Shown piece after piece: positions 15,101 through 32,700 of a stretch of DNA of 64,000 bases. Where the stretch lies: contig CM059433.1 in NCBI GenBank assembly GCA_030390025.1, forward strand, positions 32,738,001 through 32,802,000, read 5' to 3'. Within the stretch, counting starts at the first letter, position 1. Each line of letters starts with the position of its first letter. The notes below the pieces were generated by a model, which worked only from the letters and a program-made list of their open reading frames with translations, made no database searches and was not told the DNA's origin. The stretch comes from Squalus acanthias (taxonomy: Eukaryota). The position numbers and the translations under genes are program-made.

Positions 15101-18100
15101 ATCATAGAATCAAACACCAGATCAATAATAGGATCAATCATAGAATCAATCATATAATCAATCATAGAAGCAATCAGAGAAGCAATCGTAGAATCAATCA
15201 TAGTATCAATCAGATAACCAATCAAGGGATCAATCCTAGAAGCAAACATAGGATCAATCTCAGGATCAATAATTGAATCAAACATAGAAACAGCAATAGC
15301 ATCAATGATAGAATCAATAATAGAATCAATCACAGGATCAATCATCGAATCAATCACAGGATCAATCATAGGATCAATCATAGAATCAATCATTGGATCA
15401 ATCATAGAATCAATCACAGGATCAATCACAGGATCAATCATTGAATCAATCATTGAATCAAACATAGGCTCAATCATAGAATAAATCATAGAAGCAATCA
15501 TAAAATCAATCATAGGATCAATCACAGGATCAATCATTGAAACAATCATAGATTAAGCAAAAGCATCAATGATAGGATCAAAAATAGAATGAATCACAGG
15601 ATCAATCATAGAATCAATCACAGGATCAATCATAGGATCAATCACAGGATCAATCATAGGATCAATCATAGAATCAATCATTGGATATATCATAGAATCA
15701 ATCATAGGATCAATCAGAAGATCCATGATAGAACTAATCATAAAAGCAATCATAGAATCAATCACAGGATCAATTCTAGAATCAATCAGAGAATCAATCA
15801 TAGAATCAATCATAGCAGCAATCATAGAATCAGCAAAAGCATCAATGATACGATCAATAATAGAATCAATCACAGAGAATCAATCATAGAATCAATCACA
15901 GGATCAATCATAGGATCAATCACAGGATCATTCATAGGATCAATCATAGAATCAATCATTGGATCAATCACAGGATCAATCATAGAATTAATCATAGAAT
16001 CAATCATTGGATCAATCATAGAATCAATCATAGAATCAATCACAGGATCAATCATAGAATCAATCACAGGATCAATCATAGAATCAATCATAGAATCAAT
16101 CATAGGATCAATCACAGGATCAATCAAAGAATTAATCATAGAATCAATCACAGGATCAATCATAGAATCAATCACAGGATCAATCATAGAATCAATCATA
16201 GAATCAATCATAGAATCAATCATAGAAGCAATCATAGAAGCAATTATAGAATCAATCGTAGTATCAATCAGATAATCAATCAAAGGATCAATCATAGAAT
16301 CAAGCATAGAATCAATCATAGAAGCAAACATAGAGTAATCACAGGATCAATCATAGAACCAATCACAGGATCAATCATAGAATCAATCATAGAATCAATC
16401 ATAGAAACAATCATAGAAACAATCATAGAATCAATCATAGTATCAATCAGATAATCAATCAAAGGATCAATCATAGAATCAAACATAAAATCAATCCTAG
16501 AAGCAAACATAGAATCAATCATAGGATCAATCACAGGATCAATCATTGAAGCAATCATAGAATTAATCAGAGGATCAATCCTAGAATCAATCAAAGGATG
16601 AATCATAGAATCAATCACAGGATCAATCATAGAATCAATTATAGAATCAAACAGCGGATCAATAATAGGATCAATCATAGAATCAATCACAAGATTAATC
16701 AGAATCAATCTTAGAATCAATCATTGAATTAATCAAAGGATCAAGCAAAGTATCAATCACAGGATCAAGCATAGAATCAATCATAAAATCAATTAACTGA
16801 GCAATCATAGAATCAATCATAGAATCAATCATAGGATCAGTCATAGAATCAATCACAGGATCAATCACAGGATCAATCATTGAATCAATCAAAGAAGCAA
16901 ACATAGGATCAATCATAGAATAAATCATAGAATCAATCATAAAATCAATAATAGGGTCAATCACAGGATCAATAACTGAATCAATCATAGAAACAGCAAT
17001 AGCATCAATGATAAGATCAATAATAGAATCAATCACAGGATCAATCATCGAATCAATCACAGGATCAATCATAGGATCAATCATAGAATCAATCATTGGA
17101 TCAATCATAGGATCAATCATAGAAGCAATCATAGAATTAATCATAGGATTAAACCTAGAATCAATCAAAGGATCAATCATAGAATCAATCATAGAATCAA
17201 TCACAGCATCAATCATTGATTCTAACATAGAATCAATCACATGATCAATCATAGGATCAATCATAGAATCAAACATAGAAGCAATCAGAGAAGCAATCGT
17301 AGAATCAATCATAGTATCAATCAGATAACCAATCAAGGGATCAATCCTAGAAGCAAACATAGGATCAATCTCAGGATCAATAATTGAATCAAACATAGAA
17401 ACAGCAATAGCATCAATGATAGAATCAATAATAGAATCAATCACAGGATCAATCATCGAATCAATCACAGGATCAATCATAGGATCAATCATAGAATCAA
17501 TCATTGGATCAATCATAGAATCAATCACAGGATCAATCACAGGATCAATCATTGAATCAATCATTGAATCAAACATAGGCTCAATCATAGAATAAATCAT
17601 AGAAGCAATCATAAAATCAATCATAGGATCAATCACAGGATCAATCATTGAAACAATCATAGATTCAGCAAAAGCATCAATGATAGGATCAAAAATAGAA
17701 TGAATCACAGGATCAATCATAGAATCAATCACAGGATCAATCATAGGATCAATCACAGGATCAATCATAGGATCAATCATAGAATCAATCATTGGATATA
17801 TCATAGAATCAATCATAGGATCAATCAGAAGATCCATGATAGAACTAATCATAAAAGCAATCATAGAATCAATCACAGGATCAATTCTAGAATCAATCAG
17901 AGAATCAATCATAGAATCAATCATAGAAGCAATCATAGAATCAGCAAAAGCATCAATGATACGATCAATAATAGAATCAATCACAGAGAATCAATCATAG
18001 AATCAATCACAGGATCAATCATAGGATCAATCACAGGATCATTCATAGGATCAATCATAGAATCAATCATTGGATCAATCACAGGATCAATCATAGAATT

Positions 18101-19740
18101 AATCATAGAATCAATCATTGGATCAATCACAGAATCAATCATAGAATCAATCACAGGATCAATCATAGAATCAATCACAGGATCAATCATAGAATCAATC
18201 ATAGAATCAATCATAGGATCAATCACAGGATCAATCAAAGAATTAATCATAGAATCAATCACAGGATCAATCATAGAATCAATCACAGGATCAATCATAG
18301 AATCAATCATAGAATCAATCATAGAATCAATCATAGAAGCAATCATAGAAGCAATTATAGAATTAATCATAGTATCAATCAGATAATCAATCAAAGGATC
18401 AATCATAGAATCAAGCATAGAATCAATCATAGAAGCAAACATAGAGTAATCACAGGATCAATCATAGAACCAATCACAGGATCAATCATAGAATCAATCA
18501 TAGAATCAATCATAGAAACAATCATAGAAGCAATCATAGAATCAATCATAGTATCAATCAGATAATCAATCAAAGGATCAATCATAGAATCAAACATAAA
18601 ATCAATCCTAGAAGCAAACATAGAATCAATCATAGGATCAATCACAGGATCAATCATTGAAGCAATCATAGAATTAATCAGAGGATCAATCCTAGAATCA
18701 ATCAAAGGATGAATCATAGAATCAATCACAGGATCAATCATGGAATCAATTATAGAATCAAACAGCGGATCAATAATAGGATCAATCATAGAATCAACAC
18801 AAGATTAATCAGAATCAATCTTAGAATCAATCATTGAATTAATCAAAGGATCAAGCAAAGTATCAATCACAGGATCAATCATAGAATCAATCATAAAATC
18901 AATTAACTGAGCAATCATAGAATCAATCATAGAATCAATCATAGGATCAGTCATAGAATCAATCACAGAATCAATCACAGGATCAATCATTGAATCAATC
19001 AAAGAAGCAAACATAGGATCAATCATAGAATAAATCATAGAATCAATCATAAAATCAGTAATAGGGTCAATCACAGGATCAATAACTGAATCAATCATAG
19101 AAACAGCAATAGCATCAATGATAAGATCAATAATAGAATCAATCACAGGATCAATCATCGAATCAATCACAGGATCAATCATAGGATCAATCATAGAATC
19201 AATCATTGGATCAATCATAGGATCAATCATAGAAGCAATCATAGAATTAATCATAGGATCAATCCTAGAATCAATCAAAGGATCAATCATAGAATCAATC
19301 ATAGAATCAATCACAGCATCAATCATTGATTCTAACATAGAATCAATCACATGATCAATCATAGGATCAATCATAGAATCAAACATCCAATCAATCACAG
19401 GATCAATCATAGAATCAATCATAGAATCAATCACCGGATCAATAATAGGATCAATCATAGAATCAATCATAGAAACAATCACAGGTTTAATCATAGTATC
19501 AATCATTGGATCAATCATAGAATCAATCACATAATCAATCATAGAATCAATCACAGGATCAATCATAGAATCAATCAAAGAATCAATCATTGAATCAATC
19601 ATAGGATCAAGCATAGAATCAATCACAGGATTAAACAGAATCAATCATAAAATTAATCAAAGGATCAAGCAAAGTTTCAATCACAGCATCAATCATAGAA
19701 TCAATCATAAAAACGTTTAACTGATCAATCATAGAATCAA
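12126..19740. repeat. Higher-order repeat: a 4207-bp unit, then a 2111-bp internally deleted copy, then a partial third copy
   Basis: The 11-bp landmark GAGTAATCACA occurs at 12126, 16333 and 18444 (also 6813). ORFs 12109/16316/18427 and 12488/18805 are near-identical. Confidence 0.88.
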
Positions 19741-22180
19741 TCAGAGGATCAATCATAGAATCAATCACAGGATCAATCACATGATCAATCACATGATCAA
19801 TAATTGAATCAATCATAGAAGCAAACATAGGATCAATCATAGAATTAATCATAGAAGCAATCATAGGATCAATCACAGAATCAATCATGGAATCAATCAC
19901 AGGATCATTCATAGAATCAATCACAGGATCCATCATAGGATCAATCATAGAATCAATCATAGAATCAATCATTGGATCAATCACAGGATCAATCATAGAA
20001 TTAATCATAGAATCAATCATTGGATCAATCATAGAATCAATCATAGAATCAATCACAGGATCAATCATAGAATCAATCACAGGATCAATCATAGAATCAA
20101 TCATAGAATCAATCATAGGATCAATCACAGGATCAATCATACAATTAATCATAGAATCAATCATAGGATCAATCATAGAATCAATCATAGAATGAATCAC
20201 AGGATCAATCATAGAATCAATCACAGGATCAATCATAGAATCAATCCTAGAAGCAAACATAGAATCAATCATAGGATCAATCACGGGATCAATCATAGAA
20301 TTAATCATAGAATCAATGATAGGATCAATCATAGAAGCAATCATAGAAGCAATCATAGAATCAATCATAGTATCAATCAGATAATCATTCAAAGGATCAA
20401 TCATAGAATCAAGCATAGAATCAATCCTAGAAGCCAACATAGAATCAATCATAGGATCAATCACAGGATCATTCATTGAAGCAATCATAGAATTAATCAT
20501 AGGATCAATCCTAGAATCAATCAAAGGATGAATCATAGAATCAATCACAGGATCAATCATAGAATCAATTATAGAATCAAACACCGGATCAATAATAGGA
20601 TCAATCATAGAATCAATCACAGGATTAATCAGAATCAATCATAGAATCAATCATTGGATCAATCACAGGATCAACGATAGAATTAATCATAGAATCAATC
20701 ATTGGATCAATCATAGAATCAATCATAGAATCAATCACAGGATCAATCATAGAATCAATCACAGGATCAATCATAGAATCAATCATAGAATCAATCATAG
20801 GATCACTCACAGGATCAATCATACAATTAATCATAGAATCAATCATAGAAGCAACCATAGAATCAATCATAGGATCAATCACAGGATCAATCGTAGAAGC
20901 AAACATAGAATTAATCATAGGATCAATCCTAGAATCATTCAAAGGATCAATCATAGAATCAATCACAGGATCAATCATAGAATCAATTACAGAATCAATC
21001 ATAGAATCAAACATAGAATCAATCATAGAAGCAATCATAGAATCAATCATAGTATCAATCAGATAATCCATCAAAGGATCAATCATAGAATCAAACATAG
21101 AATCAATCCTAGAAGCAAACATAGAATCAATCATATGATCAATCACAGGATCAATCATAGAATAAATCATAGCATCAATCATAAAATCAATCTTGGATCA
21201 ATCACAGGATCAATAATTGAATCAATCATAGAAACAGCAATAGCATCAATGATAGAATCAATAATAGACTCAATCACAGGATCAATCATCAAATCAATCA
21301 CAGGATCAATCATAGGATCAATCATAGAATCAATCATTGGATCAATCATAGAATCAATCACAGAATAAATCATAGGATCAATCACAGGATCAATCATAGA
21401 ATTAATCATAGAATCAATCTTAGGATCAATCATAGAATCAATCATAGAATCAAGCGCAGGATCAATCATTGAATCAATCACAGGATCAATCATAGAATCA
21501 ATCATAGAATCAATCATAGAATCAATCATAGAAACAATCATAGAAGCAATCATAGTATCAATCATAGTATCAATCAGATAATCAATCAAAGGATCAATCA
21601 TAGAATCAAACATAGGTTCAATCCTAGAATCAATCAAAGGATCAATCATAGAATCAATCACAGGATCAATCATAGAATCAATTATATAATCAAACACCGG
21701 ATCAATTTTAGGATCAATCATAGAATCAATCATAGAATCAATCACAGGATCAATCATTGAATCTAACATAGAATCAATCACACGATCAATCATAGGATTA
21801 ATCATAGAATCAAACATACAATCAATCACAGGATCAATCATAGAATTAATCATAGAATCAATCACCAGATCAATAATAGGATCAATCATAGAATCAATCA
21901 TAGAATCAAACATAGAATCAATCACATAATCAATCATAGAATCAATCACAGGATCAATCATCGAATCAATCACAGGATCAATCATAGGATCAATCATAGA
22001 ATCAAACATTGGATCAGTCATAGAATCAATCACATAATCAATCACAGAATCAATCACAGGATCAATCATATAATCAATCACAGGATCAATCACAGTGTCA
22101 ATCATTGAATCAATCATAGAATCAAACATAGGATCAATCATAGAATCAATCATAGAATCAATCACATATTCAATCATAGA

Positions 22181-24984
22181 ATCAATCACAGGATCAATCA
22201 TATAATCAATCAAAGAATCAATCATTGAATCAATCATAAGATCAAGCATAGAATCAATCACACGATTAAGCAGAATCAATCGTAAAATCAATCATAGAAT
22301 TAATCAAAGGATCAAGCAAAGTATCAATCACAGGATCAATCATAGAATCAATCATAAAATCAATTAACTGATCAATCATAGAATCAATCACAGGATCAAC
22401 CATAGGATCAATCATATAATCAATCACAGGATCGATCACAGGATCAATCATTGAATCAATCATAGAAGCAAACATAGGACCAATCATAGAATAAATCATA
22501 GAATCAATCATAAAATCAATCATAGGATCAATGACAGGATCAATAATTGAATCAATCATAGAAACAGCAATAGCATCAATGATAGAATCAATAATAGATT
22601 CAATCACAGGATTAATCATCGAATCAATCACAGGATCAATCAGAGGATCAATCATAGAATCAAACATTGGATCAATCATAGAATCAATCACATAATCAAT
22701 CATAGAATCAATCACAGGATCAATCATAGAATCAATCACAGGATCAATCACAGGCTCAATCATAGAATCAATCATAGAATCAATCATATGATCAATCACA
22801 GGATCAATCATAGAATTAATCATAGAATCAATGATAGGATCAATCATAGAAGCAATCATAGAATCAATCATAGAATCAATCCTAGAAGCAAACATAGAAT
22901 CAATCATAGGATCAATCACGGGATCAATCATAGAATAAATCATAGCATCAATCATAAAATCAATCATAGGATCAATCACAGGCTCAATAATTGAATCAAT
23001 CATAGAAACAGCAATGGCATCAATGATAGAATCAATAATAGAATCAATCACAGGATCAATCATCGAATCAGTCACAGGATCAATCATAGGATCAATCATA
23101 GAATCAATCATTGGATCAATCATAGAATCAATAACATAATCAATCATAGAATCAATCACAGGCTCAATCATAGAATCAATCATAGAATCAATCATAGGAT
23201 CAATCACAGGATCAATCATAGAATTAATCATAGAATCAATCATAGGATCAATCATAGAATCAATCATAGAATCAATCACAGGATCAATCATAGGATCAAT
23301 CACAGGATCAATCATAGAATCAATCATAGAATCAATCATAGAATCAATCATAGAAGCAATCATAGAAGCAATCATAGTATCAATCATAGTAGCAAACAGA
23401 TAATCAATCAATGGATCAATCATAGAATCAAACATAGAATCAATCATAAAATCTATCATATTATCAATCACAGGATCAATCATTGAATCAATCATAGAAT
23501 CAGCAAAAGCATCAATGATAGGATCAATAATAGAATGAATCACAGGATCAATCATAGAATCAATCACAGGATCATTCATAGGATCAATCACAGGATCAAT
23601 CATATAATCAATCAAAGAATCAATCATTGAATCAATCATAAGATCAAGCATAGAATCAATCACACGATTAAGCAGAATCAATCGTAAAATCAATCATAGA
23701 ATTAATCAAAGGATCAAGCAAAGTATCAATCACAGGATCAATCATAGAATCAATCATAAAATCAATTAACTGATCAATCATAGAATCAATCACAGGATCA
23801 ACCATAGGATCAATCATATAATCAATCACAGGATCGATCACAGGATCAATCATTGAATCAATCATAGAAGCAAACATAGGACCAATCATAGAATAAATCA
23901 TAGAATCAATCATAAAATCAATCATAGGATCAATGACAGGATCAATAATTGAATCAATCATAGAAACAGCAATAGCATCAATGATAGAATCAATAATAGA
24001 TTCAATCACAGGATTAATCATCGAATCAATCACAGGATCAATCAGAGGATCAATCATAGAATCAAACATTGGATCAATCATAGAATCAATCACATAATCA
24101 ATCATAGAATCAATCACAGGATCAATCATAGAATCAATCACAGGATCAATCACAGGCTCAATCATAGAATCAATCATAGAATCAATCATATGATCAATCA
24201 CAGGATCAATCATAGAATTAATCATAGAATCAATGATAGGATCAATCATAGAAGCAATCATAGAATCAATCATAGAATCAATCCTAGAAGCAAACATAGA
24301 ATCAATCATAGGATCAATCACGGGATCAATCATAGAATAAATCATAGCATCAATCATAAAATCAATCATAGGATCAATCACAGGCTCAATAATTGAATCA
24401 ATCATAGAAACAGCAATGGCATCAATGATAGAATCAATAATAGAATCAATCACAGGATCAATCATCGAATCAGTCACAGGATCAATCATAGGATCAATCA
24501 TAGAATCAATCATTGGATCAATCATAGAATCAATAACATAATCAATCATAGAATCAATCACAGGCTCAATCATAGAATCAATCATAGAATCAATCATAGG
24601 ATCAATCACAGGATCAATCATAGAATTAATCATAGAATCAATCATAGGATCAATCATAGAATCAATCATAGAATCAATCACAGGATCAATCATAGGATCA
24701 ATCACAGGATCAATCATAGAATCAATCATAGAATCAATCATAGAATCAATCATAGAAGCAATCATAGAAGCAATCATAGTATCAATCATAGTAGCAAACA
24801 GATAATCAATCAATGGATCAATCATAGAATCAAACATAGAATCAATCATAAAATCTATCATATTATCAATCACAGGATCAATCATTGAATCAATCATAGA
24901 ATCAGCAAAAGCATCAATGATAGGATCAATAATAGAATGAATCACAGGATCAATCATAGAATCAATCACAGGATCATTCATAGG
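22181..24984. repeat. Tandem duplication, period 1402 bp (117 monomers minus 2 bp), 2 copies
   Basis: The landmark CGATTAAGCAGAATCAATCGTAAAA occurs at 22263 and 23665. ORFs 22788 and 24190 are identical with offset 1402. Confidence 0.93.
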
Positions 24985-26769
24985 ATCAATCACAGGATCA
25001 ATCATAGAATCAATCATAGAATCAATCATAGAATCAATCATTGGATCAATCATAGAATCAATCATAGGATCAATCAGAGGATCCATCATTGGATCAATCA
25101 CAGGATCAATCATAGGATCAATCATAGAATCAATCATAGAAGCAATCATAGAAGCAATCATAGTATCAATCATAGAAACAATCATAGAAGCAATCATAGA
25201 ATCAATCATAGTATCAATCAGATAATCAATCAAAGGATCAATCATAGAATCAAATATAGAATCAATCCTAGAAGCAAACATAGAATCAATCACAGGATCA
25301 ATCATAGAACCAATCACAGGATCAATCATAGAATCAATCATAGAATCAATCATAGAATCAATCATAGAAACAATCATAGAAGCAATCATAGAATCAATCA
25401 TAGTATCAATCAGATAATCAATCAAAGGATCAATCATAGAATCAAACATAGAATCAATCCTAGAAGCAAACATAGAATCAATCATAGGATCAATCACAGG
25501 ATCAATCATTGAATCAATCATAGAATTAATCATAGGATCAATCCTAGAATCAATCAAAGGATGAATCATAGAATCAATCACAGGATCAATCATACAATCA
25601 ATTATAGAATCAAACACCAGATCAATAATAGGATCAATCAAAGAATTAATCACAGGATCAATCATAGGATAAATCACAGGATCATTCATAGGATCAATCA
25701 TAGAATCAATCATAGAATCAATCATTGGATCAATCACAGGATCAATCATAGAATTAATCATAGAATCAATCATTGGATCAATCATAGAATCAATCATAGA
25801 ATCAATCACAGGATCAATCATAGAATCAATCACAGGATCAATCATAGAATCAATCATAGAATCAATCATAGGATCAATCACAGGATCTATCATAGAATTA
25901 ATCATAGACTCAATCACAGGATCAATCATAGAATCAATCACAGGATCAATCATAGAATCAATCATAGAAGCAATCATAGAAGCAATCATAGAATCAATCA
26001 TAGTATCAATCAGATAATCAATCAAGGGATCAATCATAGAATCAAGCATAGAATCAAACCTAGAAGCAAACATAGAATCAATCACAGGATCAATCATAGA
26101 ACCAATCACAGGATAAATCATAGAATCAATCGTAGAATCAATCATAGAATCAATCATATAAACAATCATAGAAGCAATCATAGAATCAATCATAGTATCA
26201 ATCAGATAATCAATCAAAGGATCAATCATAGAATCAAGCATAGAATCAATCCTAGAAGCAAACATAGAATCTATCACAGGATCAATCATAGAACCAATCA
26301 CAGGATCAATCATAGAATCAATCATAGAATCAATCATAGAATCAATCATAGAAACAATCATAGAAGCAATCATAGAATCAATCATAGTATCAATCAGATA
26401 ATCATTCAAAGGATCAATCATAGAATCAAGCATAGAATCAATCCTAGAAGCCAACATAGAATCAATCATAGGATCAATCACAGGATCATTCATTGAAGCA
26501 ATCATAGAATTAATCATAGGATCAATCCTAGAATCAATCAAAGGATGAATCATAGAATCAATCACAGGATCAATCATAGAATCAATTATAGAATCAAACA
26601 CCGGATCAATAATAGGATCAATCATAGAATCATTCACAGGATTAATCAGAATCAATCATAGAATCAATCATTGGATCAATCACAGGATCAACGATAGAAT
26701 TAATCATAGAATCAATCATTGGATCAATCATAGAATCAATCATAGAATCAATCACAGGATCAATCATAG

Positions 26770-29700
26770 AATCAATCACAGGATCAATCATACAATCAAT
26801 CATAGAATCAATCATAGGATCACTCACAGGATCAATCATACAATTAATCATAGAAGCAATCATAGAAGCAACCATAGAATCAATCATAGGATCAATCACA
26901 GGATCAATCATAGAAGCAAACATAGAATTAATCATAGGATCAATCCTAGAATCATTCAAAGGATCAATCATAGAATCAATCACAGGATCAATCATAGAAT
27001 CAATTACAGAATCAATCATAGAATCAAACATAGAATCAATCATAGAAGCAATCATAGAATCAATCATAGTATCAATCAGATAATCCATCAAAGGATCAAT
27101 CATAGAATCAAACATAGAATCAATCCTAGAAGCAAACATAGAATCAATCATATGATCAATCACAGGATCAATCATAGAATAAATCATAGCATCAATCATA
27201 AAATCAATCTTGGATCAATCACAGGATCAATAATTGAATCAATCATAGAAACAGCAATAGCATCAATGATAGAATCAATAATAGACTCAATCACAGGATC
27301 AATCATCAAATCAATCACAGGATCAATCATAGGATCAATCATAGAATCAATCATTGGATCAATCATAGAATCAATCACAGAATCAATCATAGGATCAATC
27401 ACAGGATCAATCATAGAATTAATCATAGAATCAATCTTAGGATCAATCATAGAATCAATCATAGAATCAAGCACAGGATCAATCATTGAATCAATCACAG
27501 GATCAATCATAGAATCAATCATAGAATCAATCATAGAATCAATCATAGAAACAATCATAGAAGCAATCATAGTATCAATCATAGTATCAATCAGATAATC
27601 AATCAAAGGATCAAGCATAGAATCAAACATAGGTTCAATCCTAGAATCAATCAAAGGATCAATCATAGAATCAATCACAGGATCAATCATAGAATCAATT
27701 ATATAATCAAACACCAGATCAATTTTAGGATCAATCATAGAATCAATCATAGAATCAATCACAGGATCAATCATTGAATCTAACATAGAATCAATCACAC
27801 GATCAATCATAGGATTAATCATAGAATCAAACATACAATCAATCACAGGATCAATCATAGAATTAATCATAGAATCAATCACCAGATCAATAATAGGATC
27901 AATCATAGAATCAATCATAGAATCAAACATAGAATCAATCACATAATCAATCATAGAATCAATCACAGGATCAATCATCGAATCAATCACAGGATCAATC
28001 ATAGGATCAATCATAGAATCAAACATTGGATCAGTCATAGAATCAATCACATAATCAATCATAGAATCAAACATAGGATCAATCATAGAATCAATCATAG
28101 AATCAATCACATATTCAATCATAGAATCAATCACAGGATCAATCATATAATCAATCAAAGAATCAATCATTGAATCAATCATAAGATCAAGCATAGAATC
28201 AATCACACGATTAAGCAGAATCAATCTTAAAATCAATCATAGAATTAATCAAAGGATCAAGCAAACTATCAATCACAGGATCAATCATAGAATCAATCAT
28301 AAAATCAATTAACCGATCAATCATAGAATCAATCACAGGATCAACCATAGGATCAATCATATAATCAATCACAGGATCGATCACAGGATCAATCATTGAA
28401 TCAATCATAGAAGCAAACATAGGACCAATCATAGAATAAATCATAGAATCAATCATAAAATCAATCATAGGATCAATGACAGGATCAATAATTGAATCAA
28501 TCATAGAAACAGCAATAGCATCAATGATAGAATCAATAATAGATTCAATCACAGGATTAATCATCGAATCAATCACAGGATCAATCAGAGGATCAATCAT
28601 AGAATCAAACATTGGATCAATCATAGAATCAATCACATAATCAATCATAGAATAAATCACAGGATCAATCATAGAATCAATCACAGGATCAATCACAGGC
28701 TCAATCATAGAATCAATCATAGAATCAATCATAGGATCAATCACAGGATCAATCATAGAATTAATCATAGAATCAATGATAGGATCAATCATAGAAGCAA
28801 TCATAGAATCAATCATAGAATCAATCCTAGAAGCAAACATAGATTCAATCATAGGATCAATCACAGGATCAATCATAGAATAAATCATAGCATCAATCAT
28901 AAAATCAATCTTGGATCAATCACAGGATCAATAATTGAATCAATCATAGAAACAGCAATAGCATCAATGATAGAATCAATAATAGACTCAATCACAGGAT
29001 CAATCATCAAATCAATCACAGAATCAATCATTGGATCAATCATAGAATCAATCACAGAATCAATCATAGGATCAATCACAGGATCAATCATACAATCAAT
29101 CATAGAATCAATCATAGGATCACTCACAGGATCAATCATACAATTAATCATAGAAGCAATCATAGAAGCAACCATAGAATCAATCATAGGATCAATCACA
29201 GGATCAATCATAGAAGCAAACATAGAATTAATCATAGGATCAATCCTAGAATCATTCAAAGGATCAATCATAGAATCAATCACAGGATCAATCATAGAAT
29301 CAATTACAGAATCAATCATAGAATCAAACATAGAATCAATCATAGAAGCAATCATAGAATCAATCATAGTATCAATCAGATAATCCATCAAAGGATCAAT
29401 CATAGAATCAAACATAGAATCAATCCTAGAAGCAAACATAGAATCAATCATATGATCAATCACAGGATCAATCATAGAATAAATCATAGCATCAATCATA
29501 AAATCAATCTTGGATCAATCACAGGATCAATAATTGAATCAATCATAGAAACAGCAATAGCATCAATGATAGAATCAATAATAGACTCAATCACAGGATC
29601 AATCATCAAATCAATCACAGGATCAATCATAGGATCAATCATAGAATCAATCATTGGATCAATCATAGAATCAATCACAGAATCAATCATAGGATCAATC

Positions 29701-32700
29701 ACAGGATCAATCATAGAATTAATCATAGAATCAATCTTAGGATCAATCATAGAATCAATCATAGAATCAAGCACAGGATCAATCATTGAATCAATCACAG
29801 GATCAATCATAGAATCAATCATAGAATCAATCATAGAATCAATCATAGAAACAATCATAGAAGCAATCATAGTATCAATCATAGTATCAATCAGATAATC
29901 AATCAAAGGATCAAGCATAGAATCAAACATAGGTTCAATCCTAGAATCAATCAAAGGATCAATCATAGAATCAATCACAGGATCAATCATAGAATCAATT
30001 ATATAATCAAACACCGGATCAATTTTAGGATCAATCATAGAATCAATCATAGAATCAATCACAGGATCAATCATTGAATCTAACATAGAATCAATCACAC
30101 GATCAATCATAGGATTAATCATAGAATCAAACATACAATCAATCACAGGATCAATCATAGAATTAATCATAGAATCAATCACCAGATCAATAATAGGATC
30201 AATCATAGAATCAATCATAGAATCAAACATAGAATCAATCACATAATCAATCATAGAATCAATCACAGGATCAATCATCGAATCAATCACAGGATCAATC
30301 ATAGGATCAATCATAGAATCAAACATTGGATCAGTCATAGAATCAATCACATAATCAATCATAGAATCAAACATAGGATCAATCATAGAATCAATCATAG
30401 AATCAATCACATATTCAATCATAGAATCAATCACAGGATCAATCATATAATCAATCAAAGAATCAATCATTGAATCAATCATAAGATCAAGCATAGAATC
30501 AATCACACGATTAAGCAGAATCAATCTTAAAATCAATCATAGAATTAATCAAAGGATCAAGCAATCTATCAATCACAGGATCAATCATAGAATCAATCAT
30601 AAAATCAATTAACCGATCAATCATAGAATCAATCACAGGATCAACCATAGGATCAATCATATAATCAATCACAGGATCGATCACAGGATCAATCATTGAA
30701 TCAATCATAGAAGCAAACATAGGACCAATCATAGAATAAATCATAGAATCAATCATAAAATCAATCATAGGATCAATGACAGGATCAATAATTGAATCAA
30801 TCATAGAAACAGCAATAGCATCAATGATAGAATCAATAATAGATTCAATCACAGGATTAATCATCGAATCAATCACAGGATCAATCAGAGGATCAATCAT
30901 AGAATCAAACATTGGATCAATCATAGAATCAATCACATAATCAATCATAGAATAAATCACAGGATCAATCATAGAATCAATCACAGGATCAATCACAGGC
31001 TCAATCATAGAATCAATCATAGAATCAATCATAGGATCAATCACAGGATCAATCATAGAATTAATCATAGAATCAATGATAGGATCAATCATAGAAGCAA
31101 TCATAGAATCAATCATAGAATCAATCCTAGAAGCAAACATAGAATCAATCATAAAATCAATCTTGGATCAATCACAGGATCAATAATTGAATCAATCATA
31201 GAAACAGCAATAGCATCAATGATAGAATCAATAATAGACTCAATCACAGGATCAATCATCAAATCAATCACAGAATCAATCATTGGATCAATCATAGAAT
31301 CAATCACAGAATCAATCATAGGATCAATCACAGGATCAATCATACAATCAATCATAGAATCAATCATAGGATCACTCACAGGATCAATCATACAATTAAT
31401 CATAGAAGCAATCATAGAAGCAACCATAGAATCAATCATAGGATCAATCACAGGATCAATCATAGAAGCAAACATAGAATTAATCATAGGATCAATCCCA
31501 GAATCATTCAAAGGATCAATCATAGAATCAATCACAGGATCAATCATAGAATCAATTACAGAATCAATCATAGAATCAAACATAGAATCAATCATAGAAG
31601 CAATCATAGAATCAATCATAGTATCAATCAGATAATCCATCAAAGGATCAATCATAGAATCAAACATAGAATCAATCCTAGAAGCAAACATAGAATCAAT
31701 CATATGATCAATCACAGGATCAATCATAGAATAAATCATAGCATCAATCATAAAATCAATCTTGGATCAATCACAGGATCAATAATTGAATCAATCATAG
31801 AAACAGCAATAGCATCAATGATAGAATCAATAATAGACTCAATCACAGGATCAATCATCAAATCAATCACAGGATCAATCATAGGATCAATCATAGAATC
31901 AATCATTGGATCAATCATAGAATCAATCACAGAATCAATCATAGGATCAATCACAGGATCAATCATAGAATTAATCATAGAATCAATCTTAGGATCAATC
32001 ATAGAATCAATCATAGAATCAAGCACAGGATCAATCATTGAATCAATCACAGGATCAATCATAGAATCAATCATAGAATCAATCATAGAATCAATCATAG
32101 AAACAATCATAGAAGCAATCATAGTATCAATCATAGTATCAATCAGATAATCAATCAAAGGATCAAGCATAGAATCAAACATAGGTTCAATCCTAGAATC
32201 AATCAAAGGATCAATCATAGAATCAATCACAGGATCAATCATAGAATCAATTATATAATCAAACACCAGATCAATTTTAGGATCAATCATAGAATCAATC
32301 ATAGAATCAATCACAGGATCAATCATTGAATCTAACATAGAATCAATCACACGATCAATCATAGGATTAATCATAGAATCAAACATACAATCAATCACAG
32401 GATCAATCATAGAATTAATCATAGAATCAATCACCAGATCAATAATAGGATCAATCATAGAATCAATCATAGAATCAAACATAGAATCAATCACATAATC
32501 AATCATAGAATCAATCACAGGATCAATCATCGAATCAATCACAGGATCAATCATAGGATCAATCATAGAATCAAACATTGGATCAGTCATAGAATCAATC
32601 ACATAATCAATCATAGAATCAAACATAGGATCAATCATAGAATCAATCATAGAATCAATCACATATTCAATCATAGAATCAATCACAGGATCAATCATAT

